From Podarcis bocagei (taxonomy: Eukaryota): a stretch of 64,000 nucleotides of DNA. The notes beneath the pieces were generated by a model. The model did not search any database and was not told the origin of the DNA. It saw nothing but the letters and a program-made list of their open reading frames with translations. A program made the translations under genes and the position numbers. Shown in pieces: positions 37,564 through 49,636 of the stretch. Numbering within the stretch: the first letter of the stretch is position 1; every line of letters begins with the position of its first letter. The stretch is taken from NCBI GenBank assembly GCA_964188305.1, contig OZ076889.1; one strand, written 5' to 3'.

Positions 37564-38395
37564 CCGTATTTTTCGCTCTATAACACACACCCGACCATAA
37601 CACGCACATAGTTTTTACAGGAGGAAAACAAGAAAAAAAATATTCTAAACAAAACAGTGGATGTATGATTTTTGTGGTTCATGCTGTGGCCACAGACATG
37701 TGATCTGACAGTGAGTTTGGAGTAGCCCAATGCAAAAATCCTGAGGATCCATGTGGATCCGTGCTTTGTAACTATGTTTTAAGTGGGGAGGGAAGGAATA
37801 GCACTCAAGGGACATGGAGCACGCGTGGGGTATGTGGAGAAGGATGCTGCTAATAATGCAGGTGAGGGGTTTAAGGGGAGAAGAAGCACGTGTGGGGTGG
37901 GTGGAGAAGGATGCTGCTAATAATGAAGAAGAGGGCTCCTCTCCTCTCCCACTTTGCTCCTTTAAAGCAAGCAGGCTCTGCTTTTCTCCTTCCTCCGCGC
38001 TCATCCCCGGCCTAGCGAGCTGAAAAACTTTGCTGCTATGTAGCGAGCTGAGTGGGGAGGAGAGAGGGACAGAGAGCCTGCTTGCTTTAAAGGAACCAAC
38101 CGGACAGGAGCCGCTGACACTCATGTAAGCGGCTCTTCTCCTCTCCCGCTTTGCTCCTTTAAAGAAGCAGGCTCTCTGTCCCTCTCTCCTCCCCACTCAG
38201 CGGCTCTTCTCCGCTTTGCTGTTTCAAAGCGAGCCACGGAGGAGGGAAGGAAGGGGAACCATGGATCCTCTGCTCACGACTGCAGCAGATCCCCCCCCCC
38301 CCGCCACCCGTAGGCATTCCCTCCATAACACGCACAGACATTTCCCCTTACTTTCTAGGAGGAAAAAAGTGAGTGTTATGGTGCAAAAAATACGG
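37564..38395. mobile_element. Tc1/mariner-superfamily MITE (832 bp)
   Basis: TA TSD, TIR CCGTATTTTT; subterminal sequence shared with 27436-27678. Confidence 0.88.
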
Positions 38396-38609
38396 TAATT
38401 AAGTTGGGCAAGCTTGTGGTAAGAAAACAAATGGCATTGAATTTCACCCTTAGTTAACAATCCAGTCCTGGGCATGTTAAGTGGAGCTTACTCCTATACA
38501 ACCACACATAGGATCACAGCCTGCACCAATCCTGTGTCCTTCAAGACACATTGCAGTTCTGCAGGAGAGTAAAAAGGGGGAAAGCTGCCACTGAGCACCG
38601 CTTCCTCCA

Positions 38610-39161
38610 TAGAATCATAGAATCATAGAGTTGGAATAGACCACAAGGGCCATCGAGTCCAACCCCCTGCCAAGCAGGAAACACCATCAGAGCACTCCTG
38701 ACATATGGATGTCAAGCCTCTGCTTAAAGACCTCCAAAGGACGAGACTCCACCACACTCCTTGGCAGCAAATTCCACTGTCAAACAGCTCTTACTGTCAG
38801 GAAGTTCTTCCTAATGTTTAGGTGGAATCTTCTTTCTTGTAGTTTGAATCCATTGCTCCGTGTCCGCTTCTCTGGAGCAGCAGAAAACAACCTTTCTCCC
38901 TCCTCTATGTGACATCCTTTTATATATTTGAACATGGCTATCATATCACCCCTTAACCTCCTCTTCTCCAGGCTAAACATGCCCAGCTCCCTTAGCCGTT
39001 CCTCATAAGGCATCGTTTCCAGGCCTTTGACCATTTTGGTTGCCCTCCTCTGGACACGTTCCAGTTTGTCAGTGTCCTTCTTGAATTGTGGTGCCCAGAA
39101 CTGGACACAGTACTCCAGGTGAGGTCTGACCAGAGCAGAATACAGTGGCACTATTACTTCC
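38610..39161 (-). mobile_element. Young CR1 LINE, 5'-truncated
   Basis: Near-identical to 35214-35770; 9-bp TSD cttcctcca. Confidence 0.96.
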
Positions 39162-39561
39162 CTTCCTCCAAATCCATCTTTCTGGTTCTTGGCAGTTACA
39201 ACTACCAACTCTTTCAACAGCTACTGATCTCAAGATAGCTGCTGTCAGAGAAACTGGTCAACATGTTTCCAAAGACAGCCACAACACCTGAGGACTAACT
39301 GGGTCTCCAACACCAGCTTCTCCTCCTTTTCCCTCCTGGAAACAGTATGAGATGGGTGAAGATGAGCTAAACTTGCTTCTCACAGTAGGGCTGGGTAAAA
39401 TTATTATCTACCATTTTTTAGCACAAAATGCAAGATCTCTGTAACTATGGGACACAGTTTCAGGTTGCCCACCCCATAGGCAGCCAATCTGGCTATGCAA
39501 TAGGGTGACTCTCTGTCAGAGCTGTGCTGTGGAGGCGGGCAATGAGTCTGCTTCAGCACAA

Positions 39562-39701
39562 CGTGGGATAGCTAAGTTGGTAGAGCATGAGACATTTAAT
39601 CTCAGTGTTGTGGGTTCAAGCCCCATGTCGGGCAAAAGATTCCTGCGTTGCTGGGGGTTGGACTAGATGACCCTGGGGTCCCTACAATTCTACCATTCTA
39701 T
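39562..39701 (+). mobile_element. tRNA-Lys(CTT)-derived SINE with CR1-like 3' tail
   Basis: Degenerate tRNA-Lys head (tagctaagttggtagagcatgagacatttaatctcag..gggttcaagcccca) followed by gggggttggactagatgaccc..attcta, resembling the CR1 3' end. Confidence 0.8.
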
Positions 39702-39905
39702 ATATGATCTAGTTAAACTAGATTCAGAGTGTGTTTTGTTGTTGCTGCTGCTCATCTTCTTCAAAAACAAAACTGCAGCAAAACATGAGCAACATGAGCG
39801 GGACGGGACAGATAGGAGTCTGAATCACGTTGTGAAGACTTTGCATCCCAGAGAGATCAGTCATGCTGGTCACTTAAGTCTCTGGACAAAGGGGTCAGCA
39901 GCTTC

Positions 39906-40148
39906 AGAGCCAGTGCGGTGTAGTGGTTAAGAGCGGTAGTCTCGTAATCTGGGTAGTCTCCGCTCCTCCACATGCACCTGCTGGGTGACCTTGGGCTAGT
40001 CACACTTCTTTGAAGTCTCTCAGCCCCACTCACCTCACAGAGTGTTTGTTGTGGGGGAGGAAGGGAAAGGAGAATATTAGCCGCTTTGAGACTCCTTAGG
40101 GTAGTGATAAAGCGGGATATGAAATCCAAACTCTTCTTCTTCTTCTTC
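39906..40148 (+). mobile_element. Squam3-type SINE
   Basis: Head gagccagtgcggtgtagtgg, (CTT)n tail. Confidence 0.88.
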
Positions 40149-43100
40149 AGAAGACCAGTCTGCTTCTTCTGGCACTCACCATCAAAATGCCATCCAGTTC
40201 CTCATTTTTAAAAAAATTAAAAATAGGTTTTAATGTTATACAACCCAGTCACGGCAAAGAAAAGAGCATTGCGTTAAGATTATGGTGTCATTTCACATGG
40301 TGTTAAAACACGGACAGTCCAGGCAGGTTCTACACAGACAGGTTTGTGAGGCTGGTAGAAGAGCTTTACTTGCTTTCCCCCCTTACGTATGGAAAAAAGG
40401 GAGACCAGGTTTGAACCCTGCATCCTTTTATGCAAGAGGGGCTATAAAGGAAAATACCTTTGATGGAACCTGGTTTCCCAGTTCATCATTCATCTAGTTC
40501 ATGTCCTCCAGGGACAGCTAAAAGCTATTCTCTCAGACGTTCCCAGAAGCTACATGGTGGATAGCAAGCGCCCAGATGCTGACCTGGGCGGTGAGGTTCT
40601 TTCTGACCCAGATACTTCTCTATGGCTGAAGTCATACATAATACTGAAAGGGCGCTGAAAACACATTCTTCAGATGTGCTGCCAGTCCATTCTCACAGAT
40701 GTAGACAGTGAGGCCCCTCCCCGATTTCTGCCTCTTCTTCCTCTTGCTCCATCTGGGGGAAATTAACAAGGCAGCCAGATGCAAGAGGCAGGCAGGGCTC
40801 CCATACCTTTATCAGTTGCTTAAAAGGAGGATTACAGAATAGGAAGCTCCTTCCAGGGGTGCTGTGTTTATCTGACAATTATTCACACATGCAAGACGGT
40901 AGGATGTGGCAAGATTTTCACTAATTTGAAACACTAATTTAGCAACTTGGTAACCCGGAGAAGAGGATAAAGACACAGCAATTGTTTTTAATTGCGCTTA
41001 GAACAAAAAATTGACAATAATTCTTCTACTTGTTGCCAGTCTGGGGCGCTTCCCCAGATGGAAGACAGCAATTTCCAGATGCACCGTGCAAAGCTGGGAA
41101 GAGCCTCCTAGTTGTGGAAACATCTGTGCAAGGGAATAAGGGAGCGAACAGCTGGAGCCAATTAGCATATTGTGCCTTCTTGGGTTCTCTTTCAAATTTC
41201 ACTTCTGCGCTACAATATAACTTTGTAACGAAGTGCACAAACACACGTTTGCATGAACAAGCGCACATACACACCAGAGACAGATGTTTTGCTCTAAAGT
41301 CCATGGCTGGCAGCAGTGGGCACCTTGAGATAAAACCTTTCCTTTGCTATGCCTGGTATGTTGTACACACATTGAGTCTCTCCCTGAGCTCCAGCTCTTA
41401 TTCTGGTTCTTGGCTTGAAGCAGAGGAAGGAGGGTAAGGTGGTCCAATACAGACAATCTCAGGGCTTCTATACTTTCAACAACTGTATTGAAGAGGAAGT
41501 CTCAGCAGGTGCACCTTCTTGCATGCCTGCACGACAAGCTCCCCCGGTCAAAGAGAGAGAGAGAGAAATCCTCCCTCCACTAGGAGGAAGGAATCTTAAA
41601 GGTCCAAGAGTTCTGTGCTCCCTTGCATCTCACCATTGCCTCAAGGCAGAATTAAGATTACACAAAGGCATTCTGCTCAGGTGTAAAAGAATAGAGAGAA
41701 CATTATGCCCACCAGCGCCAGTCACACAGCACAGGTTGGAAGGTGTACTTATGGAGACACCCTGGAAGATCACAGGTGTGTGCTGCTTTTACATGTGAGT
41801 AGAACACTTGAAGTGTCCCAAAGAGACTACCAACTCAGCGCACCCAGTTCAGAGTTAAGGGTCACTACTTCACTCCCCTGCCGGAGCGGTCATCCCTTTA
41901 AACAAGGGTTTCAAACTTTCTGTCTTCCGACATCAATGTTATCTACTTGCAAGTCCACCCAAGGACCCTGAGTGCTGCAGAGGATCCCGGGCCTTTAACC
42001 AGGGCCAGCCCACTCATGAGGTGGACTGAGGCAGCTGCCTTGAGTGGCAGATACCTGCAGGGTGGTCGCCCACCCCTGTTGCCGCTGCTAGAGAAGCAGA
42101 GGTAGGGGCTGCTTCCGGTGAGATCTCATGAGAGCACCAAGCTGCTGCCCTGTGACCCAGTAAGCAAGCCTTTAGCAGAGAGGTAGGGACGGTGCCTTCC
42201 TGTTTTGCCTGTAACTCTCCTAGGTCGTGCATTGCAGAAGAAGCTCAGTAATAATGGGAAATAATCCCCCCCCCCCGAAAAGCATGTCTGCCTTTACTTA
42301 TCTGCTCACTGAAAATCCCCAACCAGCTTCTGAGGAACTTCCTGGGGCAAGTGTCCCAAAACTGCTGTCCTAAAGTGAAGGAGCAGCAGGACTTCTGATT
42401 CAGTCAAAGCTCTTCTAACCCTTTAGTGGTTCATCTGCAGTAGGGGGCACAGGACTCCCACCTCCCCTCACAAACATTTACCCTCCTTATTTCCCCACTG
42501 CTATGGACCACTATGGACCGCTATGGAAAGATCTTCACCACTCTGGTGCTTCTCTGGTGCTATCAGTACCTTTGGAAGGGCCATCTGGATCAGGACAACA
42601 ATGGGGTGGAGTGGGGGGAGACTGAACACAAATACATATGAGGCTACATTTTGGAAATACAGAAAACTTTGGGAAGGCTGATCATGGATCTGACCATGTA
42701 ACATGCAGTTTTCCCCTAGGTCCAGCACCTAGGACACCCATGTCTCCTACAAGCAGGCCATCTGCAAGGGACATTCCACCTCTGGTTGTGCCCACATTAT
42801 GACTTGCAAAGCCTTTTGTTCTCTGCCCCTTGCTGCTCCTCACAACTCGGTGCACATCTTGCCACACTCTCCTCTTACTTGCCCTTCTGCGTGCCAGTAC
42901 TTACGATCACTTTACGAGCAACAGATGGAGTAGACATTCATCATGTGCTTAGATCTCTGGACAACATTATTATTAAGTCTGACTTAATTTCTACCCACCC
43001 TCCTATAAAACCGAATTGATAACAGCTTCTAGGCTGTCCCCTTTCTGTTGCTTTCCCAGACTCCTCAAACATAGGAGTCTCCAACTGTCAGGATCCGGGC

Positions 43101-43644
43101 CAGTATATGGCAGTGCGCACATGGGCATGAGTCAGAGACTGGGCTTGGGTGCAAGAGATCCATCTGGCTGTCAGCAGTTCACAGATCATGGTGGTGTCAT
43201 AATCAATGTCGAGAGAGATTTTGTAACCAAATCAGGGCAGGAAAGCAGGTGCAAGGAAGGAAGGAATGCAGACAAAGGCACAGGAACAAGAGTGAAGAGC
43301 AGGCAGGAGGCAGGAAATACAAAACAGAAGAAAAAGACAACAGGGACCTGTCACAATCCTTATTGGCCACATTCTGGAGCTTTGTTCCTACTTTGCCATT
43401 TCTGAGCACCCTTTCGTACTCACCATCCGCATGGTGGGAAAACGGTGGCATTTTGCCAGTAATCCAAATCATGGTCAGTACCCGGTTGAATACAAAGGAA
43501 GCGCACCTCTTCTCGTGGCAAAAGAGGGTCTCCCAGAGCTCCTGCAAGTTTGAGATTCCTTTTGAGAGCAGAGGGTCTGGTCTCAGGACCACCCCACCGA
43601 GCCCTATCGTGTTGCAGCATGAGCTGCAGAGAGGCCCATCTTCT

Positions 43645-44020
43645 CTATTTTTATTTATTTATTTATATTTACATTTTCAAAAACAGGAGCAGAGAGCATA
43701 TTTAACCCCCCTTCCTTTCCCCTGTCCCACTTACAACTTCGTACCAAATACAGCATATATATATATACCATATGACGTCCCTTCCACACTTTCCCTGGTT
43801 CCTTTGCTTTTCTGCTACGCCACGTAAGCCACATCTTTTTAATCATCCAACTTGTTATCTATTAAATTAACTATTTCAACTCTGCTGGATTTACTGGAGA
43901 CCAGCAAAGCTATGTATCTGTCTATACCGGTTCTTAAAATATTCACTAAACATTTTCTATTCCTCCTTATATTCCTTATCTTCGTTTTCTCTTATCCTGT
44001 TCGCAAGACCAGCCAGTTCA
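43645..44020 (-). mobile_element. Probable old L1 3' end fragment
   Basis: T-rich tail, C-rich 3'UTR tract and AT-rich body typical of a minus-strand L1 end; limits approximate. Confidence 0.4.
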
Positions 44021-45165
44021 GCACATTTGAACAATTTACACTGTCATTCTTCCTTAGTGGGGACTATATTTGTTCTCCACCTTTGTGCCAATAAGGTTCT
44101 AGCTGTGGTGGTGGCGTATAGTAATAAACTCTTTTGGGTTTTGGGGGGACCTCGGTTGTTACCATCCCCAAGAGGAAAATCTCAGGTGTTTTGGGGAGAG
44201 GCCCATCTGCTCTAGAAGGGAGGGCAAGGAGGACCGCAGGTTGGAGCCAGGAGTGCTGGCCAAGGAGGGAGGCTGTGAGGCGCAGCCCTGAACTCCAGCC
44301 ACACACACTTCCCACCCCCCTGGAAAAACAGAGAGGAGAAAAGCAAAGCTAAGAATTATGGAAAGGAAAGAGAAGGGCAAGGGACACCAACTGGAAGCAA
44401 AATGACACTGATTCAAAGAGACAAGTCGGGAGACAGACTAATAAAGTCCGAGACGTGTCTCAAGAGGAACCGCCTGACCTGTGTCTGAACAGGACCCAGA
44501 AGTATTTGGCTGACCCTAGTCGATAGCCACCACATTGCAAATGTTCTTTTCAGTACAAAGGGCAGCGTACTGACAGCCTCTTCACACACTATAAATCTCC
44601 TGCATGGAAAGCAGCTCAGCAGAGGAAAAAGCACACCCAGATAACGTGCAAACATACGTCCCACACACATTTCATTTTGGGTGTGTTCTACAATAACGCT
44701 CAATGAACAGGTCTCTGGAGGAGCCCTCAATGCCTTTCACTAGGTATAAAATACATTTTGATCACTCGTGTGTTCTTAAAATGGCGAGTCCCTGAATCTC
44801 AGCATTCTACACACCATGGAACATGCACGAGGACACTGGCCAATAAGAGGTTCTGGGTAGTCTTCCATTGAGAAACAGAGAGATTCCATGACTCTGCCCT
44901 ACACAAAGCAGCAGAAATAAAGTGTGGTGGCCCATGCCCTTTAGTTTGCTGGCATCACACCAATGTCTCACATTGGGGAACTTCAGTCTTTCTCTATACC
45001 AATGAAAGCCAGGTGCCCATTGCCACATCTACCACATCACTTCAAAATGCCAAGGCCCCTGTCACCCCAACTGGTGCACTTGCCCACTCCAAATAATCTA
45101 CTTACTTTCTGAACCAGCATCTACTGAGGAGGAGTAGAGACTAATACCAAGTGCTAACTTGCTAA

Positions 45166-45522
45166 CTTGGTGGCACTGTGGTCTAAAGCACAGAGCCCAG
45201 GATTTGCCTATCAGAAGGTCGGCAGTTCCAATCCCCATGACAGGGTGAGCTCCCGTTGCTCGGTCCCAGCTCCTGCCCACATAGCAGTTCGAAAGCACAT
45301 CAAAGTGCAAGTAGATAAATAGGTACCACTCCGGCGGGAAGGTAAACGGCGTTTCCGTGTGCTGCTCTGGTTCACCAGAAGTGGCTTAGTCATGCTGGCC
45401 ACATGACCCAGAAAAACTGTCTGTGGACAAATGTCGGCTCCCTCAGCCAGTAAAGCAAGATGAGCGCCGCAACCCCAGAGTCGTCTGTGACTGGACCTAA
45501 CAGTTAGAGGTACCTTTACCTT
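45166..45522 (+). mobile_element. Sauria SINE
   Basis: Body matches the other copies; 11-bp TSD taacttgctaa (45155-45165 / 45523-45533). Confidence 0.92.
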
Positions 45523-46109
45523 TAACTTGCTAAGCTGTGCATGACACCATTTTGTAAGCCTGTCACAAGTCTTCCCTTTTTTCCCCTCACCATGGAGAGT
45601 TTACCACAATGCTCTTCAGTTCACATGACTAACTTTCTCCATACAAAAAAGAAAAGAAAATTAAAATCCCCATATGCAGAAAACTGCCGTGTCAGTGAGA
45701 AGGCTAAGCTAAAACCTTTCTCTCCTGGTATTTAATTTTTCTACCTGCAGGATGTTTTGAGGTCATTGTTTGAATGCAGGAACATTCAGTCATGAGAGCC
45801 CCTTCCAAAAATCTGAAGCGGAAGAGCCAAGACAAAGGTTTGCCACCTCCTGGAGAATTAGGCTCCAGGTCACTCACTGTGCTACAAAACCCAGGAAGAA
45901 CTTAAATCCAAAGCTGATGATCTATCTACAGCTCTACCCCAGCTGCCTAAATACTTTACAGTTACATAAAGTAAAATATAAGGCTTAAGTTCACCTTCCC
46001 AGTTGCCCTGTTGTTAACTGCTTTGCTTTACTCTGGCACAGCAGACCTTGCTGAGTCAAGAATATAGCTAGCTAAGCCTCCACAAAACGTGAGACAAAGA
46101 ACAAACATA

Positions 46110-46611
46110 CAGTGGTGCCTCGCAAGACGAACGCCTCGCAAGACGGAAAACCCGCAAGACGAAAGGGTTTTCTGTTTTGGAGGCGCTTCGCAAGACGAAT
46201 TTCCCTATGGGCTTGCTTCGCAAGAAGAAAGCCCATAGGGAAATCTCCGGGGACCTCTTTTAAATGCTGGTGGTGGGGAGCAAAGCCTTTCCCCCAGTCC
46301 GGCCTTCAGAAGAGGTCCAGGAAGGCCGGCGGGGGCCGAAAGGCTTTGCTCCCCACCGCCAGCATTTTAAAAGCAGTCCGGGATAGCAGGGAAGCGCTTC
46401 CCGCTATCGCGGACGGCTTTTGAAGGCAGGCGGGGGGGAGCAAAGACTTTCGCCCCCCGCCCACCTTCAGAAGAGGTCCTGGACCTCTTCTGAAGGCGGA
46501 CGGGGGGCGAAAGTCTTTGCTCCCCCCTGCCTGCCTTCCCGGGAGAGCGGAGAAAGGCAGCGCGTTTCTCCGCTGTCCCGGACGGCTTTTGAAGGCGGGG
46601 GGGGGCAAAGA
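46110..46611 (+). mobile_element. One-ended Tigger/pogo-like MITE with CpG-rich palindromic interior
   Basis: TA-CAGTGGTGCCTCGC terminus, repeated cgcaagacg subterminal motifs; right TIR absent. Confidence 0.8.
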
Positions 46612-47092
46612 CTATATATATATTTTCTAGGGGTTTCATTTTCACCCTCTGCATGCAGCCCCAGTGAGGATGAATTGTTTATTACTGGGGCCAGATGCCA
46701 GGCAGCCCTGTTCAAGGCCAGGGAGGAATTTGTGTGTGTTGTCTGGGAGGAGGCAAGGTCTGTTTTTCTCAGGCAAAATGTTGCTCAAGAGATATCAGAA
46801 GGAAATGTTTCAAAATGGATGAATGACCATTACTGATAGGTAAAAGAGGATTTACTCTGCTCGATTATTTTGAGGACAGGTTATAACAATGTATAGAAGC
46901 CATAGCAGAAATTGGCAAATGAACAGGGTGATGTTTAGGGAGAAGGGATGAATGTATTTTGAAATGATAGTTGGAAAAGTTATTTTATTGCCTGCCCTTG
47001 CCCCAGTAGGCTATGCTCTTTTTAGTTGGCTACATGTTGTACAAGCGTGCAAAAGACTTATGTCTGGGCCATGAAACACCTTGAGCGACACC

Positions 47093-47125
47093 TACGACAC
47101 TTGATCTTAGCCAAAAGGCCGAGAA
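47093..47125 (-). pseudogene. U2 snRNA 5' fragment (about nt 6-38)
   Basis: TTCTCGGCCTTTTGGCTAAGATCAAGTGTCGTA; one mismatch to vertebrate U2. Confidence 0.85.
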
Positions 47126-48353
47126 CTGTGCACACGGTCCTTTCTTCTTGAAATTAGGATGGGATGAACTGCGATTATAATAAAAAATACATTGTTGTTG
47201 TTGTTGTTCCACATGTGTCTGCGTGTGAGATAATGAGAGAAACTTCAGTTGCAACCACATAATGGAATATCGTTTTCCTCCGGCGATAAATCTAGCCCAG
47301 TCTGCATCTTATTGCTCTGGCTCCTTGGGGCTCGTTTTGTTGGGTGTTTTTTAATGGTAGCTGGTAGACAGAATCAATCACACAAGCGGTAATCCCCTGC
47401 AAATGGAACTTAATAGATTTTTTAAAAGGCAGCCTATTGACCCAGAGACCTTAATGGCTCAGGAGCTGCTTGAGTCTGGCGTGCAAATTCGCCAGCAGAC
47501 AGTTTATAAATGCACACAAATCGAAAAGGGTAGTAAAAATCCTTTTAAGTGGCAGGCCCTCCAAAAGCACAACAGAGAATTTCCAGCATTAGAGCTCTTG
47601 GTATTTACATTATAACCTCCCATGGTTGCCTCAGTGAGATGCTGAATGGATGGCCGGCAGGGAGCCAGCATCTTCCTGCCACAGCTGAAGAGGATGACAT
47701 CACCAGAAAGACAAGCAGGTGTCCAGCAAAGTTTTAGGACTTCGGATTAAGTGAACTGGGCAATAGATATCAACATCTTGAATTGACCTTTTATTTTAGG
47801 TGGAGCTATCACCATGTTTTGCCATATGTGAAATTCTGGTGAGAAACTAGGAGGTCCCTACTTGAGAAAAGAATCAAAAGGAATTTTTTTAAGCCTTGCA
47901 AAGTGAACATCTCAATATTGCCACCAGATTTTGCATTAAGTAACATTTCAAAGCAAAATGAAAGACTCCTGATTTAGCAAAACAACCATGGAATTTTGAG
48001 GGAACCCAAAAAGATATTTGCAGTTCCGTTCTGTGCATTGTTTCTTTTTCGACTGATCAATGTGAATCATTCTGTCAGGCAGTGTGAAAGGTGGGATAGA
48101 GTCTTGCACCTCTGGGCCTTAGGTGTGAGTCCTGGCTCTGCCTTGGGATCACTGTCTGGGCCTCAGGCAGATTCAATTCCCACTCTTTGCACAGTGACCC
48201 CAAAAATAGTGTATGGATTAAATGAATGCAGGTTATAAAGCACTCTGCAAATGAAAAGTGCTATATTAGATTGATGATTATGACAACGCCCACCTGCATA
48301 GTTCAGTTTCCTGGGTCATAGATGTTGTTTTTTAATTTAGGATGGCCATAAAC

Positions 48354-48704
48354 GTAAAGGTAAAGGGACCCTTTACCATTAGGTCCAGTCGGGGCTGACT
48401 CTGGGGTTGTGGCGTTCATCTCGCTTTACTGACCGAGGGAGCCGGAGTACAGCTTCCGGGTCATGTGGCCAGCATGACTAAGCTGCTTCTGGCGAACCAG
48501 AGCAGCGCACGGAAACGCCATTTAGTTTCCTACCAGAACGGTACCTATTTATCTACTTGCACTTTGACGTGCTTTCAAACTGCTAGGTTGGCAGGAGCAG
48601 AGACCGAGCAATGGGAGCTCACCCCATTGCAGGTATTTGAACCGCCGACCATCTGATTGGCAAGCCCTAGGCTCTGTGGTTTAACCCACAGCGCCACCCG
48701 CGTC
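48354..48704 (-). mobile_element. Sauria SINE
   Basis: Full head and tail, matches 5794-6147. Confidence 0.92.
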
Positions 48705-49026
48705 TACTCTTATTCACAAGCTGAAACACAGTACAGTGCACTTGTTTACAGAACTTATCCGCACCTCCCGTAAGATGTGGATGGAGGATTGCCTTGACAT
48801 GTGCAGCGTTTCGTTCACATTCTATTCAAAGCAAAGAAGGGTCTCACTCAGTTGCACCTGTTCTAGTGCACAATGAGAATGCCATCTCAGTTTATCAAAG
48901 GATACACGCGTGGGAGGCTGAATGTGACTTCGGTTTTCCTTAACTGGACCGAGATGAATGGAATAGTTACTAGAGATCTGTAAGTTCTCTAGTATATTTA
49001 TATAAATATATATATAAATATATATA

Positions 49027-49461
49027 TATATATTTGAACATGGCTATCATATCACCCCTTAACCTCCTCTTCTCCAGGCTGGGCATGTTTAGCCTGGAGA
49101 AGAGGAGGTTAAGGGGTGATATGATAGCCATGTTCAAATATATAAAAGGATGTCACATAGAGGAGGGAGAAAGGTTGTTTTCTGCTGCTCCAGAGAAGCA
49201 GACACGGAGCAATGGATCCAAACTACAAGAAAGAAGATTCCACCTAAACATTAGGAAGAACTTCCTGACAGTAAGAGCTGTTCGACAGTGGAATTTGCTG
49301 CCAAGGAGCGTGGTGGAGTCTCCTCCTTTGGAGGTCTTTAAGCAGAGGCTTGACAACCATATGTCAGGAGTGCTCTGATGGTGTTTCCTGCTTGGCAGGG
49401 GGTTGGACTCGATGGCCCTTGTGGTCTCTTCCAACTCTACGATTCTATGATTCTATGATTC
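49027..49461 (+). mobile_element. Young CR1 3' end with a 54-bp fold-back inverted duplication at its 5' junction
   Basis: Sense CR1 49078-49461 with (ATTCTATG) tail; 49027-49080 is the exact reverse complement of 49091-49144. Confidence 0.93.
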
Positions 49462-49582
49462 TAAGTTAGGAGCACTGATGCTGACTGAAGCTCCTTCCAG
49501 CAGTACAAACTCCAGTAGCTATTGCTTAGTGAATGTAAATGCTTAATTGCCCAGATGTGTAATATTTACAGGTAGGTTGATT

Positions 49583-49636
49583 ATTATATTATATTATATT
49601 ATATTATATTATATTATATTATATTATAATTATATT
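49583..49636 (+). repeat. (TATAT)n microsatellite
   Basis: About 10 units. Confidence 0.9.

Noticed and set aside
39562-39634. Functional tRNA-Lys gene
   Set aside because: The anticodon arm and acceptor stem are mutated and the sequence continues into a CR1-like SINE tail
43081-44391. Possible further solo LTR (ccaac-TGTCAGG ... GGGACA-ccaac)
   Set aside because: A 5-bp match over 1.3 kb can be chance; no second copy or internal LTR hallmarks confirmed
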